NCBI GenBank assembly: GCA_013265495.1
Contig: MU058654.1
Location: 549,405 to 569,404, forward strand
Origin: Vicugna vicugna
Lineage: Eukaryota
Reading direction: 5' to 3'
DNA: 20,000 nucleotides
Part shown: in pieces, positions 1 through 10,312 of the stretch
How positions within the stretch are numbered: the first letter of the stretch is position 1
How the letters are laid out: every line of letters begins with the position of its first letter
The notes under the pieces: model-generated
The model's input: only the letters and a program-made list of their open reading frames with translations
Databases searched by the model: none
Told to the model about the DNA's origin: nothing
Program-made: the position numbers and the translations under genes

Positions 1-482
1 TATGAAAGAAACTTGAGAGAGAAATTTTTAAATGTGACAACAATCAAACATTTACACGACATCACCTGTGATTTGCATCTATATTCTAAGAGCAGCAATT
101 TTGAGAAGCTGAAAGGAATTTCTCAAACTATCAATGATAACAAAAAAAATTGTAATTAACCATGCCAAAGGAAAGACTAAATTATCTTATTATTCTATTA
201 AAAAAGAAAATCACAAAATTGCCATTCAAGAGGATACAGGGAAAAGATCTAGGGAAAAAAAAATTACTGACTGTGCCAGGCAGATCATTAATAAAAAATT
301 GTTACTTTGTCATGTTTGCAGTATTTGCCTGCTTTAAAATTTTGTAGCTTATCATTTATTTTCTATTCTGTATATTTTCTTTCATACCTAATTGGATTCA
401 TTCATAATTATGTATTCTTATTCTCAAATAGAATCCCCCAACTGCAAAAGATTCAGGGCTCACAGAGCAGGGACCTGCCCCT
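1..482 (+). mobile_element. hAT DNA transposon fossil (Zaphod/Tip100-like): degraded transposase C-terminal dimerization region plus 3' terminus
   Basis: Frameshifted translation around 104-200 gives EAERNFS...(K)LSMI...MPKERLNYL, resembling the hAT C-terminal motif 'EAERNFSKLSIIKNKFRSTMLEERLNYLSIL'. An AT-rich 3' region follows, ending near 'cagggctcacagagcagggacctgcccct', like the GC-rich Zaphod terminus as I recall it. Confidence 0.75.
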
Positions 483-644
483 TGCCTTACCTGAAGGTGA
501 CTCTTCAGTTTTATGAATGGCCTTGGGCCCCAGGGTGGACATTCCTCACAGGGCAGGGAGGAGACCGCAGAGAGGTGGCCACCAGGCGGTCAGTGCTGGG
601 GAATGTCAGCCAGCCAGCGTGGGGCGGGAGGGGTCTCATCTGAC

Positions 645-1280
645 TCTACCTGTGATCAGGCTCTTGTCTCATCACAGAGTTCAGAGACGAGATACAGAGA
701 TTAAGAAAGTAAAGTGAGGATTTATTAAGGGGTGGATAGCACACTCTCAAAGGGAGAGCAGGCAGGCTCAGGTGAGCGGCTGCCCTGAGTTTCTTTGGCA
801 AGTTGATTACATAGGGTGTAAAAATGAACAGGTGGAATATTCACCAGGGAGGAAAGAGTTTGGGGTCATAGTTTTCATCCCAGCTCCACCTCACCTTCCC
901 GAGGGGAGGAGGGATTTTTGTCCTTATTTAGTCTGGATCAGAAGTGTCATGGCCTCGGTACATGATGGGTGCTTCTAATTTGCAAGGCAAATTTTATTGA
1001 AATGAGGGCATAATAAGCAAAAGGTTACATTAGGATGCTGGAGATTCCTGCCTTTTCCCACCTTTCTTTCTCAGCCTCCAGGACCCTTGGCACCCCAAGA
1101 TGTGATTTCTTGTCAGTCCCAAGGTTCCTACTTTTCTCTTTCTGCCCAAAGACCCCCGGTGTTCACATGATGCATGGTCTTCTGCCATTTGGCCTGTGTT
1201 CCTCTTTTTTGCCCAATTCCAGCCATTTGGCCTGCATCCTCCTTTCTCTGCTCACATCGAGCTGTCTGCCTGCTCTAACG
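645..1280 (-). mobile_element. Solo LTR, ERV1-like (copy A)
   Basis: Reverse complement aligns along its length with the LTR at 1535-2174. Flanked by a 4-bp TSD 'tgac' (641-644 and 1281-1284). Minus-strand AATAAA (tttatt 721-726) and TATA-like TATGTAA (ttacata 807-813). The 4-bp TSD fits ERV1 class. Confidence 0.85.
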
Positions 1281-1370
1281 TGACCACTTCTATTGCTTTC
1301 ATGAGAGCAGATACGGTGGGCCCAGGAGAACCTGGTCACAACTCTCACCTTTTTTGGGGCAAGTAATGGA

Positions 1371-1417
1371 CACACTAACACACATACATAAACACACACA
1401 CACACACACACACACAC
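1371..1417. repeat. (CA)n microsatellite
   Basis: Imperfect CA run followed by a perfect (AC)n tract at about 1392-1416. Confidence 0.95.
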
Positions 1418-1534
1418 CCCAGGCCAGCTCTATTCATGGAAAAGGCCTCAGGCCTCTGCAGTTTTTCAGCCCGTGAGGATCCAGAGGCTTCTGGCCATAG
1501 TCTGTAAAAACAGCCAAGGAGAGTCTGGGACTTC

Positions 1535-2174
1535 TGTTAGAGCAGGCAGATAGCTAGACAGGAGCAGAGAAAGGGGGACACAGATCAAAGGGCAGAAATT
1601 GGGCAGAAAGAAGGAGTATGGGCCAAATGCAGGAAACCATACATCATGTAAGCACCAGGGGTCCCTGCGCAGAGAAAGAAAACCAGGAACCTCTGGGCTG
1701 ATAAGTGGTCGCAACTTTAGGGGTGATAAGTGGCCTGGAGGCCGACAAAGAAAGGTGGGAAAAGGCAGGAATCTCTAGTGTCCGAATATAACCTTTTGCT
1801 CATTATGCCCTCATTTCAATAAAATTAGCCTTGCAGATTAGGAACACCCATCATGCACTGAGGCCATGACACTTCTGATCCAGACTAAATAAGGACAAAA
1901 ATCCTTCCTCCCTTTGGGAAGGTGGAATTGGGATGAAAATCAGGAGATACGACCCCATACCCCTCCCTCCCTAATGCATATTCCGCCCTTTCATCTTTAC
2001 ACCCTATGTAACCAACTTGCCAAAGAAACTCAGGGCAGCTGCTCACCTAAGCCTGCCCACTTTCCCCTTGAGAGTGTGCTATCCATTCTTTAATAAATTC
2101 TCACTTTACTTTATTCTACGTCTTGTCTCTGAATTTTTCCTGGGACGGGACAAGAACCTGGAACACTGGTTACA
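1535..2174 (+). mobile_element. Solo LTR, ERV1-like (copy B)
   Basis: Starts TGTTAG and ends GGTTACA (TG...CA). GC box ccgccc 1983-1988, TATA-like tatgtaa 2005-2011, polyA signal aataaa 2092-2097. Homologous to 645-1280 in opposite orientation. No clean TSD seen (cttc vs tcct). Confidence 0.85.
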
Positions 2175-3181
2175 TCCTGCAGCAAAAATCCCACCTGCTT
2201 CCAGCAGGAAAGGAATCAAATCAAACCAGTAGCACATTTCCTCCTTGGAATCAGGAGGAGGAACTGAGATAAGAAACAGGAGAGCAGTGCATCTGTCAGG
2301 TGGTCCGGAAGTGCTTGCGGAATCCAAACAAAGCATATAATTAACGTTTAGGCCCTGAAGCGAAGTTTTGTTTGCTGAGTAGAGTTTTCTTTTTTCTTTC
2401 AGTTTGAGCTAGCTCTGTTTGGCCCACTGACCCTGGGCTGCTTCAGGTGTGTATGTGACCCGCCAGGCTCTACAAGTATTTGAAAGTGCAGGTGGGCCAT
2501 TTGCATCGTCAAGGCCGTGGTGTAACCCTGTCCTTACAGCTAAGACTTTCCCATCTGGCCCTCAGGCTCCCAGACCAATGCTTTGGTTTTCTGGACCCAC
2601 CAGAAGTCCTAAGGTCCCCTGGAAGTTGAACTTGAGGCTCCAGCAGCCGGCAAGGCAAAGGGCTCGGGGCTGGATACCTCAAACCAGCACCTGTCAGCCC
2701 TGCTCCAGTTCACGCCTTGGTTTAAGCACACAGAGGTGGAGAGGTGCTTCACGGGGGGGCCTTTGGCTCAGTAAGCAACTCCCCGCAGGACAGCCGTGCT
2801 GGACAGGAGGGCTGAGTAGCTCAGTTAGAAAAGTCTGTCCATCCATCCACTCCAGCTTTGCAGGAAAACAACCATCAAGGGCTCACTTGGGATAAAGTGT
2901 AATTTCTGTGCATCATTGTTCAGTGGTACCTCATCTCCCTCATCCCCAGCCTGTCTATCAATCTGCCTTACAGAAATGATTGTAGAGAAATGGACAGTGA
3001 ACATCAGAACTGCCCTGAGCATCCCTAATGCATTGGTGCTGCTTTCACTTGAGCCTCGTGGGGCCTGAGTCTGCAGGCTGTTCCTGTCCTTCCCCGAGAA
3101 GTACCTGCGCCTGACTCCACTGTCCCCTAAATCCTTCCCATAAGGCTGTTAGCCTCACCACAGAGAATGCGGAACACTGGT

Positions 3182-3253
3182 TAAAAAAAAAAAACAGCAA
3201 AAAAACAAAATAACAACAACAAAAAAACAAGAACAAAAACAAAACAAACAAAA
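3182..3253. repeat. A-rich (A)n/(CAAAA)n simple repeat
   Basis: Directly visible A-rich tract with interspersed C. Confidence 0.9.
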
Positions 3254-3489
3254 ACCCTCAGTGTCAAGACCAGCAGCCTGTCTCACTGCCGCTAGGCAAG
3301 GCCCTCCTCCTGCACCACGAAGAGAAATTAATGCAGAATCTCAATTCCTGCTTCCTTTCATCTCTCCTGATGCTTGGAAAAGCTAGTGAGGAAAACAAAA
3401 GCAAAGGGAGACAAGAAGTGGCTTTGGGGCTTCTGCTGAAAGCAAGTTAATTTGATACATGTGAATTTTTAAAACGTTTCTTTTCTCAC

Positions 3490-3645
3490 GTACATGGAGC
3501 ACCTAGTATGTGCCACGCGGTGTGCTGAGCACGTTGCACGTTAGCCTCTCCTCAGTCCTTGCAATAACCTTGAAATAACGGGTGAGCCAGTAAGAGGAAG
3601 AATGGGCCTGGGGCCCAGCTTTCCTAGATTCCAAGACTGAGCTGA
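3490..3645 (-). mobile_element. MIR SINE fragment (internally deleted)
   Basis: 'gagcacctagtatgtgccacgcggtgtgctgagcacgttgcac...cagtccttgcaataacc...agccagtaagagg...cctagattccaag' follows the antisense MIR consensus with the core missing. Confidence 0.65.
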
Positions 3646-3673
3646 TTTTTGGTGTATAAGTTGAAGAATCATA

Positions 3674-4275
3674 ACTTCTTTATCCAGTCATCTGTCAATG
3701 GACATTTAGGTTGTTTCCAAGTCTTGGCTATTGTAAATGTCCTGAGTGCCCATAGACAGATGACTGGATAAAGAAGTTGCGGTATATTTATACAATGGAA
3801 TACTATTCAGTCATAAAAAAGAATAAAACGATGTCATTTGCAACATAGATGGAACTAAATGAAGTCATTCTAAATGAAGTAAGCCAGAAAGAGGAAGAAA
3901 AATACCATATGATAACACTTATATGTAAAATTTAAAAGAAAAAAGAGAGAGAGAATGTGACACAAATGAACTTACTTACAAAATAAAAATTGACTCATAG
4001 ACATAGAAACAACCTTATGGTTACCAGGGAGGGAAAGGGAAGAGATAAATTGGGAGTTTGATATTTGCAGATACTAACTACTATATATAAAATAGATAAA
4101 CAGTAAGTTTCTTCTGTATAGCACAGAGAACTCGTCAATATTTTGTAGAAAGCTACAATAAAAAAGAATATGAAAATGAATATATGTATGTATATATATG
4201 ACTGAAATATTATGCTGTATACCAGAAATTGACACAACATTTTAAACTATGTCAATTAAAAAAAAAAGAAAAAAA
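3674..4275 (+). mobile_element. 5'-truncated, 5'-inverted LINE-1 (ORF2 end, 3'UTR, polyA), artiodactyl/camelid type
   Basis: TSD gaagaatcata at 3663-3673 and 4276-4286, preceded by TT (L1 endonuclease-like site). 3674-~3738 is antisense L1 ORF2-end sequence. ~3741-4256 is sense ('gacagatgactggataaagaag...acaatggaatactattcag...accagaaattgacacaacatt'), followed by an A-tail. Confidence 0.92.
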
Positions 4276-4536
4276 GAAGAATCATAGGAACCTTTCCCAT
4301 AAGAGTTTCCCAGGAGTTCCAAGCTTGGGAAACAGGTCTTGGAAGGGGAAGGTTGGGGCAGAGCCAGAAGTCAGCCATGGAGAAGCATGAGCATGGGGTT
4401 TTTAGTTGTGTCCTTTACTTCTTGGCAGGGCTGATAAAAAAAAGAGAAGAAAAGAAAATTAGAATTATAGGCTTACTTGTTCTGAGGCTAAGAAATGAAA
4501 AGAAAACACAAAGCATATGATTATTAATCAAAAGAC

Positions 4537-4602
4537 ATAAAAATGAATATAATGAATATAAAAATGAATATAAATGAATACAATGAATATAAAAATGAAT
4601 AC
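4537..4602. repeat. Short tandem repeat, six copies of an AATGAATA(T/C)A core
   Basis: aatgaata recurs six times with variable A spacers. Confidence 0.85.
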
Positions 4603-4855
4603 CTAAATCTGAGATATTTCACTCAAATTTGCATCTGAAGAATCTAGCCAAGCTGACCTCTTGAGAAAAGGTCTTTCATAGTTTAAACTACAACACCCAC
4701 ACTCACACACACAGAGTATAGAAAATAAAATATTAAGTGAGCAATTACTCTCCATCCAAACATGAACAAATACCGTTTCCTCCTCTAAAAACAGCAGGTT
4801 TGCTCAATTGTCCCAAGTAATTGGAGAAAGGGCCTTTTAAGAAATGTTTTCGATG

Positions 4856-4869
4856 GTGCCATCTGGTGG
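4856..4869 (-). promoter_or_regulatory. Candidate CTCF core motif (CCACCAGATGGCAC)
   Basis: Reverse complement of gtgccatctggtgg matches the CTCF core CCASYAGRKGGCRS at all positions and lies in non-repeat DNA. Binding is not shown by sequence. Confidence 0.5.
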
Positions 4870-5732
4870 ATTCATCCTAGAAGCGCTATCTGTTCTCATA
4901 ATTAAATTGGAAAGGATATTGTAGGACCTAATGAGACCGTCGGCCCCTGGATTTTCCCCTGTGGCTTTCCATGATCTTCCCTCCGGGCATCCTCAGCCTC
5001 CTTTCCAGTCCGCCATAATCAACTGATCCTTGAAGTTCCCCTTTCATCTCATAGCCTTTCTGCTGCATTAGAGCCATTTTATGGCAAGATTTATAGCAAT
5101 GTTAGGAATAAAGAAGACTGCTGTAAAATAACCCTGGACAACATTATAAACTGGCAATAAAATTGGCTGTAGTGCACAGCTGGTACTTACGTAGACCACC
5201 TGTTCCATTTTTAGCCACTCCTGATCAGTTGCTTCCTCCCCATTGCCTGTACTTTGAAAGCCTTCACTTGCCTCCTTCTCCCCGAAAGTTCTTCAGAACT
5301 GACGGTAATTTCCAGAATGTGCTGAGGCCTCACCTTGCTTGTCCATGTAGCCATAACCATTGCCTAGAAGCCCATCATGGTTGATTCTTGCTTCTGGGTC
5401 TTCAAGCTCTTCCAAAATCCAGATGTTAGATCGAAGACAAGTTTCACCAAAACTCTCGCACCAGCTATGACATACACTTGAATCCAAACACACATATTTG
5501 TGTCATAAAATTAGATAAAATGTTCAAGAAGTTATGTACTTCCGCACAACTGTGGAGAAGGTACTAGGGCCATAATCTGGAGGAACGGTTCCCATTTCAT
5601 GAGCAGTACAAGTTGAAAATTTTACATATGTTATCCCCAGTCTTTGCAACAACTCAGCTAGATTGAGTCCATCAATTTTTCACTTCCTCTATGATTTCAG
5701 TAAATAATTCTACCAACCTCAGTTTAGAAGTT

Positions 5733-5866
5733 AAGGGGGAAGGCATAGCTCAAGTGGTAGAATGTATCCTTAGCATGCATGAGGTCCTGGGTTCAATCCC
5801 CAGTACTTCCTCTAAAAATAAACAAATAAGTAAACCTAATTATCCCCCCCAAAAAAGCCAAGAACA
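5733..5866 (+). mobile_element. tRNA-derived SINE resembling camelid Vic-1
   Basis: tRNA-like head 'ggggaaggcatagctcaagtggtagaatgtatccttagcatgcatgaggtcctgggttcaatccccagtac' with A box (tagctcaagtgg) and B box (ggttcaatccc). Tail 'aaataaacaaataagtaaacctaattatccccccc' plus A-rich end. TSD agaagtt at 5726-5732 and 5867-5873. Confidence 0.88.
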
Positions 5867-6127
5867 AGAAGTTGGCCTATCAATAATGCAGTGATGTAGT
5901 GAGAAATCAAAGGAACAGTAGGAGCAGCTAAGACTCACCACATACTTATTCTGTGCTAAGCAGAGAAAAGCGATTTTGGTGGACTGGCTTCTCTCTTTGC
6001 CACAGATATTGAAATTTCTAGGCAAAAGACATCAGAGGACCTGCCTGTGAGTCACCAGCCATTCTCTGCAGAAGCACATCTGGAGACGAGCATCCCCACC
6101 TGTCATAAGACACCAGCTCTTCTGTCT

Positions 6128-6425
6128 CCCCTTCAAGGCCCTCCATAGCCCAGCCCCGGCTCACTCAGAGTGCTCTATGGTCCCTGCTCCTCACCACGTT
6201 ACACACTCCGGTTCAGCTGCTTTCATGAGCATGTGCGCATCGTTCCAGCCCCGCCGTGTTGCTCTCTGCCTTCATTCCATCCACAATTTACCCTTCCTCC
6301 AAGTCCCGCTCAAGTGCAACCCGTTTGGTAAAGCCATCCTCAACAAGCAGCCTATGCACGACTGTGTCTCCCTGAGCCCTTAGCACACCTGTCGCCTTAC
6401 CTTGCATTTTACTGGTCACTATTTA
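6128..6425 (+). mobile_element. LINE-2 3' region fragment
   Basis: 'ttcaaggccctccatagcccagcccc...ttgctctctgcc...ttcctccaagtcccgctcaagtgcaacc...aagccatcc...cccttagcac' follows the order of motifs in the L2 3' consensus. Confidence 0.6.
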
Positions 6426-6714
6426 TCCAAATAAATGGACTGAAGCACCTTATGTGAAAAGTACCTGGATACACTGAAACGTTGAGTGTATCCCCTGGGG
6501 CGTCATGAGAGGAAAGTTCTGCTCTCAGTGATTTCATTCTCTCGTGGGGTGGGGATGGAACAGCTATCCACAGAAGACATTCAGATAAATGTCCCCAGGA
6601 GTCCACACATGGAGAGGTTTCTCCTGATCAGAGAGATGGCAAAGTTGACTAGAGAAGGAAATGTTGGGGTCAGGCCATGGAGGCATGTCACAGACGTGTG
6701 ACGGTGTCCTTTTC

Positions 6715-6822
6715 ACCTGTCTCAGTCCCCTCTCCCGCATCCTTCATACCGGCTACCAAAATGATCTTTCTAAAACCTGGCCAGGCCACTCCGCTGCTGA
6801 AAACCCTTCATGGCTTTCCAAG
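6715..6822 (+). mobile_element. LINE-2 fragment
   Basis: 'ccaaaatgatctttctaaaa...ccactccgctgctgaaaacccttcatggct' resembles the L2 motif 'ccagagtgatctttctaaaa...tcactcccctgcttaaaacccttcaatggct'. Confidence 0.6.
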
Positions 6823-6982
6823 CCCACAGCAGCGTTTCCCACCACGGTTGACGGCTCCAAGTGTCCCACAAACAGCGAGCGCTCGGCCAGCAGCGCACCC
6901 AGCAACCCTCAGAAACTCATACCGCACATCAGCGCGGCAAGGGCTCTGAGTGTTTTCTGGTCAAAAAGCCTGCTTGACTATT

Positions 6983-7544
6983 CTCTTAAATTTTTTTATT
7001 GAAGAATAGTTGATGTACAATATTATGTAAGTTACAGTTGTACAACATAGTGATTCACGATTTTTAAAGGTTATATTCCATTTATAGTTTTTATAAAATA
7101 TTAGCTATATTCCCCATGTGGTACAATGTATCCTTGTAGCTTGTTTTATATAGTTTGTAATAGTTTGTACCTCTTGACCCTCCATATGTCCCTTCCCCTC
7201 TTTCCTCTCCCCACTGGTAACCACTAGTTTATTCTCTATCTGTGAGTCTGCTTCTTTTTTTTTTTTTGCTATATTCACTAGTTTGTTGCATTTTCCAGAG
7301 TCTACATATAAGTGATATCATACAGTATTTGTCTTTCTCTAACTTAGTTTACTTCGCACCATACCCTCCAAGTCCATCCATGTTGCTGCAAATGGCAAAA
7401 TTTAATTATGTTTTATGGCTTTTTATTCCATTGTGTATATCTATATAGATATATATAAATGTGTGTGTGTGTGTATTTGTGTGTGTGTGTTTGTATAAAA
7501 CATCTTCTTTATCCATTCATCTGTTGATTAACACTTACTTGATT
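6983..7544 (-). mobile_element. 5'-truncated LINE-1 3' end (older subfamily than 3674-4275) with internal (TA)n/(TG)n expansion
   Basis: Poly-T start 'tttttttattgaagaatagttgatgtacaatattatg', then 'ctggtaaccactagttt', 'agtgatatcatacagtatttgtc', 'tccatccatgttgctgcaaatggc' and 'ttctttatccattcatctgttga'. Degenerate TSD cctgctt(g/tc)actatt at ~6969-6982 and ~7545-7559. Microsatellite at ~7435-7492. Confidence 0.9.
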
Positions 7545-7959
7545 CCTGCTTTCACTATTTTTTTCCTGAAATATCTTTTGTCCACCTCGGGCTGCTGAGG
7601 TTGTCCACACAGGGAGTGGCTGACCTGCCGGAGGGCGCCCACCCCCGGCTGGAAGCTGGTTCTGTGTAGTCTGCTGGCTGCACGGCCCCATCTCCCTCCC
7701 ACCCACGTCTTGCTCTGAACTTCAGTTGCACTGGAAGTCCCACACAGCCTCCTGGCCATGCACTTGCCTGTTTTGTCAAGCCCCTTTTCCCTCCCAGGTG
7801 AACCCCGTGCCCGCTCCTGGTAGGTCCTCGCTGGCCCTCTGTCCCCCTGTTCCCCAGGTGGAGCTGCCCTGCTCCCTTGGAACCTCCCTTAAACATTCTA
7901 GGAATTGTATGTAGTTCTGCAGATAAACTTATTCACTTGGTTTTAGCTGTAGATTTAAA

Positions 7960-8076
7960 AGTCAGTTTCTCCCAGCCTAATGGGAGCTTTTGAGGATAAA
8001 GGTGATACCTCTCTCTGTTGTTAGATCCTTAGTCTTCACCCAGAGTTGTGCTCAGTAAATGTTTGTGTGAATGAAC
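7960..8076 (+). mobile_element. LINE-2 3' terminus
   Basis: Ends 'gtgctcagtaaatgtttgtgtgaatgaa', the characteristic L2 tail; upstream 'gggagcttttgagga' also fits. Confidence 0.7.
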
Positions 8077-8559
8077 AGTAAAGTGGGGTCTTTCCAGATG
8101 CGAGCAAATGTTTTCCCACAGTTGTCCTCAGTTATTAGGTATCCCGGAAAAGATCCACTTCTCAGGCTGAGGCTGTGTGCTGTGCTCCTTAGAGATCCAG
8201 GAGGCACATGAGCAGATTCCAGCTGAAAAGGGTGATAGAAGGGACCTTGTCTAACCCAGACTTTCCCAAACACACGGACCCAGGCTCCCCACACAGAGCA
8301 GGGGCCATGTCAGCCCCACCTCCTCACCCCTCACAGACTGTGCACAGACTTCTCTTCTGATGAGACAGATGTGAGGAGCTGCTCCCAGCCTCTGCCTCAT
8401 TCTTCTCCCCACCCACATCTTCTCCTCTCTTACTTCTTTCTTCCTCTCTGCAGAACCATGTGTGCCACATGGATACCCTCGAATCTCGATCCCGAGAGCC
8501 TGTCCGCACACAACCATCCCCCTGGTCCTCAGCTGGATGTCATTTCTCCTGCACCGTAT

Positions 8560-8750
8560 GCCGGCATCCTCAGCCCCACGGCTCCACTTCTCACCCTGTC
8601 CACCCTCCTTTCAGCCCATCGCCCCATCACTCCTACCCCTCAGGAACACAGCGTTCCCACAGCCCCCACATGCACACCCACCCACCCCCTGCTCCCTGTG
8701 TGTACCACCCGCTTGCCCCTAAGGCCCCCTTCCGTACCCCCTCATACACA
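8560..8750. repeat. C-rich low-complexity tract
   Basis: Dense CCC/CACC runs with strong C-over-G skew; explains the overlapping Pro/His/Thr-rich ORFs. Confidence 0.6.
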
Positions 8751-10312
8751 CAGGGAGAACCCCAGGGTGATCTTTCCCTAGACCCTGACAAGAGGCATTG
8801 GGCCAGCTAAGAATTTACATCCTTCCCCAGAATCAAAGTCCCTGTGGATCTGTTTCTGAGTTTATTGGTAGGTTAGGTTTTAGCCAACAGTAGACAGCCC
8901 GACCCAAGTGCCTAGGGACCCCTGCATTCTGCTGAATTTGATGGGGGCCAACAGCTACCTTTACTGTAAAAGATCAAGCCATCTCCCCCAGGGTAAGTTA
9001 GAAGAATAAGCCACAGAAGGTGAAATTGAAGAAAACAAGGTCCAAATAGGCACTCCGTAGGATCTTTCTTCAGCTCCCGGGGCTCTTTGAAATGTGCTAT
9101 GAGAAAAACAGAGCCAGCTTCCTTTAGTCATCTCTCATCTTTCCTCAGATTTCTTCCTAGTTAGGAGAATTCTGTAAGGGTCTGGGCAGGGCAGCCGCTG
9201 GGGTGGGGGCAGCAGTACCAGGTCTGCAGGGCACCTGCCCGCAGCAGTAGCAACCAGCGAAGGAACCCCCTAAACCTTTAAAGGGGTCCTCTTCCTGTTT
9301 TTTCAGGCAGCAACTCTGATGCACAAGGGTTGGCATGGACCTCCCACACCTGGCCTCCTGGCTGCCTTAGTCTGAGCTCTGTCTCCCACCTGTCCTCCGG
9401 TAGCATCGAACATCACGTCCCGGTAACCTCAAGGCATCGCCTAGGCTGCCGAACCTGACGGCAACCCCGAAGGCCTGGGTGCCCTTGGAAAATGCCTGAG
9501 GCCAAAATACACAGCAGTACTAAGACCCAATTCACTTGAGGGTTTGGAATTAGAAGATATTGACACAACAAATATCAACCTGGGATGAAGATATTGCAGA
9601 CGATTGAAAGTAATGTTTCCCAATTATTCAACTAAATAGATCATTATTATGGACAACAATTGATTGTCACCCTGAGCACAGTGCTTTTGGACTCAGCAAC
9701 TCCTTAGATTTTTGTATGTAAATGCTGTGGCCCTCTGGGACCACAATGCGCTCCCCATCTTTGGAGTTTATATGCAGCATCTAAGTCACAGTACTTCATT
9801 GTTAACTAAAAGCCGGCTTTGATTTTTTTTTTCACGCTGTCATTAGACCATATCTCATAAAATCTTTTGAATTAATGAAGCTTTTTAAAAAATAAATTTA
9901 AAAGTAAAACAAAACAAAAAACGATTGTGTCTTTTTAACAACTCTTAGTGCAAGAGAAAGAAATTTAGGAATCACAGACTGGAACATCTCCTAAAGAGAG
10001 AGAGGAAGTGAGAGGATCTCACTTGACATTAGGAAAAATTAAACTACGTAGTAAGGAAGTTCTCGATCCTTCTCATTAGGGCAAGAAGAACATTCCAATT
10101 TGGTGATTCAGTTTCTCTACACTCCCATACCACACACTAATCGTCCTCTTCAGCCTGTAGGGACAGGCCTCAGGTCTGAGACTTGAGAACTGTCATATTT
10201 TCTTGTTTTTATTTTATTTGTTTTTTTCTTAATATTTATTTTCTCTTAATGGCAAGGAATGTTTGTTTTCCAGTTATGGGAATGGTATAAAGTTTTCTTT
10301 CAAAAATAAACA

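Noticed and set aside
645..2174. Provirus bounded by two LTRs, or a DNA transposon with long TIRs
   Set aside because: The LTRs are inverted rather than direct, the spacer has no PBS, PPT or coding remnant, copy A has its own TSD, and the outer flanks share no TSD.
3171..3183. 13-bp match (ggaacactggtta) to the 3' end of LTR copy B, followed by an A-tract
   Set aside because: No homology extends upstream, and LTR transcripts are polyadenylated at the R/U5 boundary, not the U5 end. Likely chance.
4537..4602. CRISPR-like repeat array
   Set aside because: Units are 9-12 bp with no unique spacers, and the context is mammalian.
5735..5810. tRNA gene
   Set aside because: Stems are mismatched, and the sequence continues into a SINE tail with an A-rich end and TSD.
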